A DNA stretch of 30,500 bases from a virus (lineage: Duplodnaviria > Heunggongvirae > Uroviricota > Caudoviricetes), in the IMG/VR virus record IMGVR_UViG_3300046000_008568, positions 1 to 30,500 of that record; one strand, written 5' to 3'. The notes under the pieces were generated by a model. The model was not told where the DNA came from. It ran no database searches and saw only the letters and a list, made by a program, of their open reading frames with translations. How positions within the stretch are numbered: position 1 is the stretch's first letter; the number at the start of each line of letters is the position of its first letter. Shown in pieces: positions 22,645-30,500 of this stretch. The translations under genes were made by a program, and so were the position numbers.

Positions 22645-24312
22645 ATGGACAATTTAAACATGCTCTTAGAAGGAGCAAATCCATGGAAAAGCCAACAAGC
22701 AGAAGCAGCAAGAGTTGCTACTAAATGGCAAAAAAGTGGACTTCTTGAAGGAATCAGTAACCAAGTTGAGAAAAACAACATGGCTGTTATCCTTGAAAAC
22801 CAGGCAAAACAGTTAGTAGTTGAAACTAACGTTACTTCTGGTACAAACTCAATGTTAGGTGGTACTGGTGAAAACTGGGCTGGTATTGCATTGCCTTTAG
22901 TACGTAGAGTATTCGCTGAAATCGTAGCTAAAGAATTCGTATCTGTACAACCAATGGCTATGCCTTCTGGTCTTGTATTTTATCTAGATTTCCAATACGG
23001 AAATAATAAAACTCCGTTCCAACAAAATAAATCACTTTACGGTTCATTAGCTGATGTTCAAGCTACAAATGCTGATATCTCTAACGTTAACCCAACAGGT
23101 GGTCTTTACGGACAAGGTAGATATGGTTACTCAATGAACCAATTCTCACAATCTATAGCTTATTCTGCATCTTTAGTAAATTCATTAAGCCAAGTTAACT
23201 GGGATTCTCGTTACGAGTCTTCTACTGGGTCATTATATGTAATTAACTTCTCAGCAGCCTCAGCTTCTTTACTTACAAATGCTGACTTCTTAGCTGCAGC
23301 TGCATTTATTCCAAGTAGCTCTTTGATCAATGGATTAAACGTATTACAACAGTTTACTAACTACGTAAGTAGCTCATCAACTGCACAATTAACATTTGTT
23401 ACAACAGCTGCTTTAACGGGTGCTAATTCATCTGGTTCTTGTACAGTTTACTTTGAAAAACAAACTACTCCTGCATTAAGAGGTGATTTTGAAGCTGATA
23501 ATACTGGAATCGCTATTCCTAACTCATTGAGTGAAACTCAAATCGTTATTCCAACCGTTAACATCCAAATGAAATCAGATGCTATCGTTGCGAAAACTCG
23601 TAAATTGAAAGCACAATGGACTCCTGAGTTAGCTCAAGATTTGAATGCTTACCAAAACATCGATGCTGAAGCTGAATTAACTGGATTGTTATCTCAATAC
23701 ATCGCTATGGAGATTGACTTAGAAATCTTAGGTATGTTGACTGAAGAAGCAGCTACTACAGGATACTGGTCAGCAGAAAACAATAAAGTTTGGAATGGTT
23801 CAACATTCGTTCAAACTTCAACTACAACTGGTGGTTTCTATAACACACAAGGTGGTTGGTTCGCAACTTTAGGTACAGTATTACAATCAGTATCTAACAA
23901 AATCTTGCAAAAAACTCTTAGAGGTCAAGCTAACTTCTTGGTAATTTCTCCAGCAGTAGCTACTATCATGCAGTCTATCCCAGGATATGCTTCTGATGCA
24001 GGTGCTGAATTGGATAAAGTATTCAACTTTGGTAGCCAAAAAATTGGTTCTCTAAACTCTCGTTACAAAGTATATGTAAATCCTTACTTTAGTGATAACG
24101 TAATCCTTATGGGTTATAAAGGTGCTCAATTCTTGGAATCAGGTGCTGTTTATGCTCCATACGTTCCGTTGTTAATGACTCCACTTGTGTACGATCCTGA
24201 AACTTTCACACCAAGAAAAGGTATCATGACTCGTTACGCTAAGAAAATGGTACGTCCTGAATTCTACGGTAAAGTATTCGTTAATGGTTTAAATGCCTTA
24301 GGTATTAACTAA
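22645..24312 (+). CDS. major capsid protein (T4 gp23-like)
   Basis: PLVRRVF, VSVQPM..PSGLVFYL, KTRKLKAQWTPELAQDL, EIDLEIL, YAPYVPL and PRKGIMTRY motifs, with high-expression codon bias (TTC, AAC, ATC, TAC, CGT). Confidence 0.97.
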   Translation: MDNLNMLLEGANPWKSQQAEAARVATKWQKSGLLEGISNQVEKNNMAVILENQAKQLVVETNVTSGTNSMLGGTGENWAGIALPLVRRVFAEIVAKEFVSVQPMAMPSGLVFYLDFQYGNNKTPFQQNKSLYGSLADVQATNADISNVNPTGGLYGQGRYGYSMNQFSQSIAYSASLVNSLSQVNWDSRYESSTGSLYVINFSAASASLLTNADFLAAAAFIPSSSLINGLNVLQQFTNYVSSSSTAQLTFVTTAALTGANSSGSCTVYFEKQTTPALRGDFEADNTGIAIPNSLSETQIVIPTVNIQMKSDAIVAKTRKLKAQWTPELAQDLNAYQNIDAEAELTGLLSQYIAMEIDLEILGMLTEEAATTGYWSAENNKVWNGSTFVQTSTTTGGFYNTQGGWFATLGTVLQSVSNKILQKTLRGQANFLVISPAVATIMQSIPGYASDAGAELDKVFNFGSQKIGSLNSRYKVYVNPYFSDNVILMGYKGAQFLESGAVYAPYVPLLMTPLVYDPETFTPRKGIMTRYAKKMVRPEFYGKVFVNGLNALGIN

Positions 24313-24335
24313 TAATTAAATATTTAGTAAAGATT

Positions 24336-24366
24336 AGAGTCGAGCGCAAGCTCGGCTCTTTTTTTT
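24336..24366 (+). terminator. intrinsic terminator after MCP
   Basis: AGAGTCGAGC-GCAA-GCTCGGCTCT with a GNRA loop and T8. Confidence 0.92.
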
Positions 24367-24396
24367 CATATTTATACGAAACCAAAACGTTACATT

Positions 24397-25083
24397 ATGG
24401 CTTCAAACCATCACACCGATGAAGTTTTCACTCCAAAGAGAAAACCAAAAAACCCAATTAAGTTCAACCTTCAACTTAATGAAGAACAAAAAGAAGCGAA
24501 AGCTTTAATCGTAGAGAATCCCGTAGTAGTATTAAAAGGAATGGCCGGTAGCGGAAAAACACTTGTTGCCGTTCAAGCCGCGTTAGATATGCTATTTAAG
24601 CGCGAAGTAGATAAAATTGTAATAACAAGACCTACAGTAGCTAAAGAAGAATTAGGATTTTTACCCGGCGATTTAAAGGAAAAAATGGATCCATGGTTGG
24701 CTCCAATTTATCATAATCTTTATATGTTATACGGTAAAGATAAAGTTGATAAAGAATTAGAAAACGGCAATATTGAAATAGTACCATTTGCTTTTATGCG
24801 TGGTAGAACATTTGTTAAATCATTTGTAATAGTAGATGAAGCACAAAACGTTACACACGATCAAATGGAAACTGTTCTAGGAAGACTAGGTAAAGGATCT
24901 AAAATGGTGATATGCGGGGATTTAGCTCAAATAGATTTAAAAACTAAAAAAGATACAGGATTTTCATTCTTAACTAGAGTTGAGGAACATGTAAAAGGAT
25001 TTAAAGTATTTGCTTTAAAAGCAAACCATAGACACGAAATAGTATCTCCTATACTTCAAGTATACCAAGAATTCAGAGACTAG
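24397..25083 (+). CDS. phoH: PhoH-family ATPase
   Basis: GMAGSGKT, ITRP, LGFLPGDLKEKMDPW, AFMRGRTF, VDEAQN, GDLAQID and HRH motifs. Confidence 0.95.
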   Translation: MASNHHTDEVFTPKRKPKNPIKFNLQLNEEQKEAKALIVENPVVVLKGMAGSGKTLVAVQAALDMLFKREVDKIVITRPTVAKEELGFLPGDLKEKMDPWLAPIYHNLYMLYGKDKVDKELENGNIEIVPFAFMRGRTFVKSFVIVDEAQNVTHDQMETVLGRLGKGSKMVICGDLAQIDLKTKKDTGFSFLTRVEEHVKGFKVFALKANHRHEIVSPILQVYQEFRD

Positions 25084-25122
25084 TAACTAGTTAATATTTA
25101 TCGATAGTAATCCCACATACAC

Positions 25123-25503
25123 ATGGCCGCAGGTAAATATTCTTTTACAATTGAACAAGGTTCAACAGTTGATATCCCACTAATCTATAAAGATAATCTT
25201 GGGGTACCTGTTAATCTTACTCAATATAGTTCTAAAATGCAAATTAGAAACTCATATAGTTCTAGTATTCCTATTATTACGTTAAGTAGTAGTTTAAATC
25301 CCGATGGTACGGGATTAAACATGTCTAATGCGGTATCTGGAGGAATTACTATATACATCGCTTCATGTACTTCTTCTATGTTTAATTTTTACGATGCCGT
25401 TTATGATCTAGACATAATCTCCGGAAGTGGAGATTGTCCTATAGTTAGCAGAATACTTGAAGGTAAAGTTAGATTAAGTAAAGAAGTTACTGTAGTGAGC
25501 TAA
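25123..25503 (+). CDS. virion structural protein, Ig-like/BppU-type adaptor
   Basis: IEQGST...VNLTQY..KMQIR...AVYDLDI...RILEGKV pattern typical of phage fibre-attachment beta-sandwich proteins. Confidence 0.65.
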   Translation: MAAGKYSFTIEQGSTVDIPLIYKDNLGVPVNLTQYSSKMQIRNSYSSSIPIITLSSSLNPDGTGLNMSNAVSGGITIYIASCTSSMFNFYDAVYDLDIISGSGDCPIVSRILEGKVRLSKEVTVVS

Positions 25504-26186
25504 TGAGTCAGATCCAAATCAATAATACAATTAATAGTGTTAATGTAGAGAGTACATTTAACACAGTAGATGTTAATAATGATATTAGCAATATACTGGT
25601 TATACCTCAACAAGTCACTAATGTTGTTGAAATTGTTACTCCTGGTCCTCAAGGACCCCCTGGACCAAGTTCGTTTACTAATACTGGATCCTTCTTAACT
25701 ACTGCATCTTTTAATTTATTTACTTCATCGTATACTACTGGATCTTTTACTGGATCTTTTACAGGTGATGGTAGTGGGTTAATCAATATTCTTAGCGCAT
25801 CATACGCATTAACGGCATCGTATTTTAGTGGTTCTATATCTAATGCTATATCCTCTTCATACGCTGAAACGGCATCTTTTGTTTTATTTAATGGTTTAGA
25901 AAATTACGTAGCTCTATTTACCTCTAATAGTGATCTTACATCAAGTAATATTTATGTTACTGAATCTGGAGTATCGGTTAATACAACATCAAGTAATGCT
26001 GCTTTAACAGTTAATTCAACAAATATTAGTAGAGATGCACTACAGATCCAAATTACAGGAAGTACATACTTTGCTGTTAATAATGAAGGAGTAATGGTCT
26101 TATCCCCATTTTACAATACACCCACAGCAATATCAGGAGGATTTATCTACTCTGCTAGTGGAGAATACTTTATTGGTGTTCCTTAA
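25503..26186 (+). CDS. fibre-like structural protein with short collagen segment
   Basis: GPQGPPGP followed by many TGSF/TASF/SASY motifs. Confidence 0.7.
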   Translation: MSQIQINNTINSVNVESTFNTVDVNNDISNILVIPQQVTNVVEIVTPGPQGPPGPSSFTNTGSFLTTASFNLFTSSYTTGSFTGSFTGDGSGLINILSASYALTASYFSGSISNAISSSYAETASFVLFNGLENYVALFTSNSDLTSSNIYVTESGVSVNTTSSNAALTVNSTNISRDALQIQITGSTYFAVNNEGVMVLSPFYNTPTAISGGFIYSASGEYFIGVP

Positions 26187-26238
26187 TATTTATCATCAAA
26201 AAATAACAATAATTATTAATATAAAATAATACAACATA

Positions 26239-27513
26239 ATGGCAGAATGGAAAAAGCTCGTCACGTCGGGCAGTAATATATCACAATTAAATAATGATGC
26301 TGGATATTTAACCTCAGCAACAGTACCATCTAAGAATGCATTTGCAACTGCTTCTATAAATGGAACAGTTTTAATAGCAGATTCTCCATCAGGATCTTTA
26401 AATTTTACTTCATCATCTGGACAAGGTTTAACCATCTCAGGTAACTCAGGAACGGATACGCTAACATGGGGTTTAGCAGCTATACCAAATTCTAGCTTAC
26501 TTAATTCTGGTTCTATAATTGGAACAACGCCTGTAAATTTAGGTACTACTGTAACCTCTATTGCTGGTTTAACATTAACTACTGCAGTTGTTTCTGGTTC
26601 ATTATTCGGAACTGCTTCTTGGGCAACTAATGCAATAACAGCAGCATCAGCAAGTACAGTAGCAGTAACAGATACTACAACAGGTACAGGTCCTTATTAT
26701 ATTATGTTTGCCGATGGTACAACAGGTAATAGAGCAGTACGAGTAGATTCAAGTACATTAACATTTAATGCTACAACAAACACATTAACAGTTACTTCAT
26801 CATATGCAATTAGTGCTTCTCAAGCTCTAACAGCATCATTTGCTTTAAATGCTAATTCTGATTTAGCTATTGCTGGTGATACAGGAACAGGTACAGTAGA
26901 TTTACAAACTCAAACATTAATAGTTTCCGGTACAGCGAATGAAATAACAACAACTGCTTCTGGTCAAACTATAACAATCGGTTTACCTACAAATGTTACT
27001 ATAGCAGGTGATTTAGCAGTAAATGGTGGTGATATAACAACAACACAATTAACAGCTTCATTATTCAATTCAACAGCAACTCAAGTTAATATTGGTGGTT
27101 CTGCACTTCAAATGAGAATTGGTAATGCTGCTGGAACAATTACTATTCCTGGTAATTTAACAGTACAAGGTACAACAACAACAATATCATCCTCAGTATT
27201 AGAGATTGCCGATCAATTTATATTATTAGCCTCTGGTTCAAATACAAATGTAGATGGTGGTCTTATTGTACAAAACGCAACTGATGGTTCAGGACATGCT
27301 TTTGGATATGGAACACCTGAAAATAGATGGGTAATGCAATCAAGCTTAAACAGCTTGTCTTCATCATTTGCTTCTATTGATGGGTATGTTACAACGACAC
27401 AATATGGATTATCAGGGGCTAAACCAGCTAACCCATCTTATGGTGGTGCTACTTATGGGTATGGTAACATATATACAGCCACCGATACAGGTGAAATATT
27501 TATCTACGCATAA
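26239..27513 (+). CDS. Ser/Thr/Gly-rich fibre or decoration protein
   Basis: SQLNNDAGYL, IAGDTGTGTVDL and GNLTVQGTTTTI..LEIADQFILL fibre-type segments. Confidence 0.75.
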   Translation: MAEWKKLVTSGSNISQLNNDAGYLTSATVPSKNAFATASINGTVLIADSPSGSLNFTSSSGQGLTISGNSGTDTLTWGLAAIPNSSLLNSGSIIGTTPVNLGTTVTSIAGLTLTTAVVSGSLFGTASWATNAITAASASTVAVTDTTTGTGPYYIMFADGTTGNRAVRVDSSTLTFNATTNTLTVTSSYAISASQALTASFALNANSDLAIAGDTGTGTVDLQTQTLIVSGTANEITTTASGQTITIGLPTNVTIAGDLAVNGGDITTTQLTASLFNSTATQVNIGGSALQMRIGNAAGTITIPGNLTVQGTTTTISSSVLEIADQFILLASGSNTNVDGGLIVQNATDGSGHAFGYGTPENRWVMQSSLNSLSSSFASIDGYVTTTQYGLSGAKPANPSYGGATYGYGNIYTATDTGEIFIYA

Positions 27514-27531
27514 AAATAAATTAAATTAGTT

Positions 27532-27705
27532 ATGGCTTTAATTGATAAAGTTGAGGGACCTAAACAACCTCAACCAATTGAATACAATAAAGAAGAAATT
27601 GAATTTCTATTAAGAATAATTAAAGATGCAACTTTTAAGGGTGGGGAACTACCCTTATTAGTTAATCTAGTTAATAAACTTCAACAACAATACCAATCCC
27701 TTTAA
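27532..27705 (+). CDS. 57-aa helical protein, candidate fibre chaperone (not in the ORF track)
   Basis: Hand translation MALIDKVEGPKQPQPIEYNKEEIEFLLRIIKDATFKGGELPLLVNLVNKLQQQYQSL*. ATATTTAT lies at 27496-27503. Confidence 0.7.
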   Translation: MALIDKVEGPKQPQPIEYNKEEIEFLLRIIKDATFKGGELPLLVNLVNKLQQQYQSL

Positions 27706-27716
27706 AATTATAAGTT

Positions 27717-27881
27717 ATGTTTACACTACAAGAACTAATTGTATTACGTTCATCTCTTGAACACATTCAAATTTTAGGAAAAGATGCTAAAGCAATTGCT
27801 TCACTTCAAACTAAATTAGAAGAATTAGTAGCTCAAAAAGAGCAATCTCAAAACGAAATTACACCACAAAGTAAAAAGTAA
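27717..27881 (+). CDS. 54-aa helical protein, candidate fibre chaperone (not in the ORF track)
   Basis: Hand translation MFTLQELIVLRSSLEHIQILGKDAKAIASLQTKLEELVAQKEQSQNEITPQSKK*. Confidence 0.7.
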   Translation: MFTLQELIVLRSSLEHIQILGKDAKAIASLQTKLEELVAQKEQSQNEITPQSKK

Positions 27882-27956
27882 CTAATCGTACCGCCATATT
27901 TATACTATGAAACACTGTCGTGTAATAAATCATAGTAAATAATAAAATATTCTATA

Positions 27957-30500
27957 ATGGCTCTATATAACTGGCTAGTCCAAAGTTGCTGCAATCCCTC
28001 TATTACTAAAGTTATTAAATATACCCGTATTCTATATACAGGTATAATTTTTCAAGATTCTTTAAGTAATTGCTATCAAGTAATAGCTCCAACTAACGCT
28101 ACACCAAATATATCCCTCCCAGACCTTGTACCTCTTTATAACACTTGTGATGATTGTTTAATCGATTTACCACCATGTAATCCTAAAGAACCTACTACAG
28201 TTTGGTTAGTTCAAAGCTGCTGTGATAAAGCAATTACCCAAATAGTTGTTAATAATAATATAATCCCTGGAGATATATTTCAAGACTCATTAGGTGATTG
28301 TTATACTGTATTAACAGTTACCGAAGGCAATCCTACTATAGTAATAATAGATGAAACTATATATAAAACATGTGAAGATTGTAAACCTTGTGTTTCAACA
28401 TCACCTACACCAACACCATCTATAACACAGTCACCGTTTCCTACTCCTAGTATAACGCCCTCTGTAACGGTTACACCATCACCATCTCCTGTTACGTTTG
28501 TTAATAGTTCACCTAGTCCAACACCAACAGTAACTGTTAGTAGAACACCTAGTGTAACACCATCTCCTGGAACCCCTGAATGTAAATGTATTACTTATAT
28601 TAATACTAGTGAATTTAGTTCATACCAAAGTTTTTATACAACTTGTGATGGATTTGTTGGAGCTCAGTTTACAATAGCTCCACAACAAACAATTCAAATA
28701 TGTGGTAGCAATCCATCTGCAGGAAACCCTGCCGTAACATTTTATACAGGAAGTTATTGCCAAAATGAAGAATGTGTTGCTCCTGACATTTCCCCATCAC
28801 CAACACCAACTCCATCAGCTACTTTAGTTACTGTTCCTGTATTTGAACCAGAGCCTTTATGTATGGATGTAGTGTTTGGTCCTGCACCATCACCTAGTGC
28901 AACTCCTTCTATAACAGTATCAGCAACACCATCTGTAACAGTAAGTACATCACGATATCCAGAGTTTCCTTCATTAACACCTACATCGACACCATCTGTT
29001 ACTCCTAGTATTACGCCAACTAAAACACCGTCTATTAGTGTTTCATCAACACCAAGTGTTACTCCTAGTGTGACACCAACAAAAACGGCTACACCAAGTG
29101 TTACTCCTAGTAAAACACCATCGATAACAGTATCACCAAGTAAAACACCAACACCTACACCTAGTCCGTCCTCTAATGCTTTAATAGTATCTGAGTGTTC
29201 TGTAATATATAATGGTGGGGGACCTAATCAAGTTTATGCTTATAACAGTACTACTAATGTTTCTACTTTATTAAATTTAGGTACGTCTCCACTACAAGTA
29301 GGTTCATCTGATATTGCTCATACTAATACAAAATTGTGGTTATATGCCTCTTTAAATGGTGCTACTAGTACTATTTTTGAATATAATATAACATTAAGCC
29401 CTTTTACATCTGTATATAATAGAGCTATTAATATCCCCGTAGGAATTGCTTTAGGATCAGGTATATGCGCTATTGATAATACAACCTTATTATCCTCAGA
29501 TCAATTTAATAATGATCAAATTATTCAAATTACATTAAATCCTTCACCGGATAATACTGTTGTTATAACAAATTTATTTACTTTATCTTCTGGAAGAGTA
29601 ATATCCGGAGATTTATTATACACAACAGATGGGAAGGTTATTGTAACAACACAAACGCGAAATGCTCCTTATTCATATTGGATTTCTCAATATACTTTAG
29701 GAGGAACATTAGAATTTGATTTACCTATTACTTCAACTGCTCCTTTTCCTTATGGTTTAGCTACAATAAATGGTGGTATTTATATTTTTAGTGGGAGTAA
29801 TCTTAAACAAATAAGTACTACATTTCCATATACTATTACTCAAGTAAATAATATTGGTAACGCGTTAGCCGGAGCATCACAAGTACCAAGTTGTTGTAAT
29901 GTTTCATTTCAACCAAATGTAATAGGTGTCTCATCATCACCGACACCAACGCCTACTAAAACAGTAACACCGTCAATAACACCAACACCAAGTACAACAC
30001 CGTTTAGAACGCCTACACCAACACCATCAAAATCACCACCAAATAATATACCGTGTACTGGAAATGGAGCACTACCTTTACCTGGAAATAATGTTACCTA
30101 TAATGGAGTTACTATAACAATATCAGGAACGGGAAATATTAGTTTATATCCTAATGCTTGGGCATCGTGTAACACAACAACTCCTGCTAACACAGCATGG
30201 TTAGGTTTATCCGGAGCTTTTACATATATTTTAACATTTAGTCAACCTGTTAATAATATTAGAATACCTATAACTGGTTTAAGTACTGATTTTGATGAAA
30301 ATATTTTTGAAATTTTTACATTTACTACAAGTGGAGGAACTCCAACAATAACAAGTCCTAATAATTGCTTTAGCGCAATAACAGGAAATCAAATTTCCTC
30401 TAATGGTACAGAAGACACTAATAATGGTGGAGGTTTATTTACTATTTCTTCTCCTAGCTCATTTAATACATTAACCATAACAGGTCAAGGAGGAAGTGGT
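27957..30500 (+). CDS. large Cys-rich, Pro/Thr/Ser-linker multidomain virion protein (3' partial, not in the ORF track)
   Basis: Open for 848 codons to the window end, starting MALYNWLVQSCCNP. Two Cys-rich repeats, TPSVTPS linkers, a propeller-like region and a beta-sandwich-like region. Confidence 0.85.
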   Translation, partial: MALYNWLVQSCCNPSITKVIKYTRILYTGIIFQDSLSNCYQVIAPTNATPNISLPDLVPLYNTCDDCLIDLPPCNPKEPTTVWLVQSCCDKAITQIVVNNNIIPGDIFQDSLGDCYTVLTVTEGNPTIVIIDETIYKTCEDCKPCVSTSPTPTPSITQSPFPTPSITPSVTVTPSPSPVTFVNSSPSPTPTVTVSRTPSVTPSPGTPECKCITYINTSEFSSYQSFYTTCDGFVGAQFTIAPQQTIQICGSNPSAGNPAVTFYTGSYCQNEECVAPDISPSPTPTPSATLVTVPVFEPEPLCMDVVFGPAPSPSATPSITVSATPSVTVSTSRYPEFPSLTPTSTPSVTPSITPTKTPSISVSSTPSVTPSVTPTKTATPSVTPSKTPSITVSPSKTPTPTPSPSSNALIVSECSVIYNGGGPNQVYAYNSTTNVSTLLNLGTSPLQVGSSDIAHTNTKLWLYASLNGATSTIFEYNITLSPFTSVYNRAINIPVGIALGSGICAIDNTTLLSSDQFNNDQIIQITLNPSPDNTVVITNLFTLSSGRVISGDLLYTTDGKVIVTTQTRNAPYSYWISQYTLGGTLEFDLPITSTAPFPYGLATINGGIYIFSGSNLKQISTTFPYTITQVNNIGNALAGASQVPSCCNVSFQPNVIGVSSSPTPTPTKTVTPSITPTPSTTPFRTPTPTPSKSPPNNIPCTGNGALPLPGNNVTYNGVTITISGTGNISLYPNAWASCNTTTPANTAWLGLSGAFTYILTFSQPVNNIRIPITGLSTDFDENIFEIFTFTTSGGTPTITSPNNCFSAITGNQISSNGTEDTNNGGGLFTISSPSSFNTLTITGQGGSG

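Noticed and set aside
13114-24312. Inteins or introns in terminase, portal or MCP
   Set aside because: Lengths are ordinary, ORFs are continuous, and I saw no C...HN intein ends or LAGLIDADG motifs.
2658-26435. Minus-strand ORFs in the supplied track (e.g. 2658-2987, 9941-10219, 13868-14251, 21626-21901)
   Set aside because: They are antisense shadows of well-supported + strand genes, with no motifs of their own.
1-30500. Stop-codon reassignment (TAG=Gln or TGA=Trp)
   Set aside because: All long genes are intact in code 11 and TAG ends ORFs 3954 and phoH normally. The single in-frame TAG at 18-20 is insufficient evidence.

Overview
AT-rich segment of a large T4-like (myovirus-type) dsDNA phage, with all credible genes on the + strand. 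It covers the head-morphogenesis region: large terminase (13114), portal (14714), prohead protease (19855), scaffold (21465) and major capsid protein (22645), followed by PhoH and the start of a fibre/decoration module. Three TTTG-N19/20-TAnnTTTA promoters and A-rich, largely SD-less starts point to a Bacteroidota host (inference). A second motif, ATATTTAT, precedes most structural genes and is a candidate late promoter. The most striking signal is an apparent head-cargo addressing system. Acidic, modular ORFs upstream of and among the head genes carry a repeated leader (DFDLKRFLxENKLTRNSxLLxE, four copies, two internal) and/or a scaffold-like amphipathic helix, and their modules are separated by gp21-type (L/I/V/M)-x-E sites. 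Candidate cargo modules include five 48-aa helical repeats, a WYL_2/Sm-like barrel and an AT-hook. Other notable signals are an [ST][GAS]S motif concentrated in predicted surface proteins and a capsid insertion, a three-hairpin leader before the scaffold-capsid operon, and a Cys-rich mucin-like virion protein running off the 3' end. Five ORFs missing from the supplied track were translated by hand. All family assignments come from motif recognition, not database searches.
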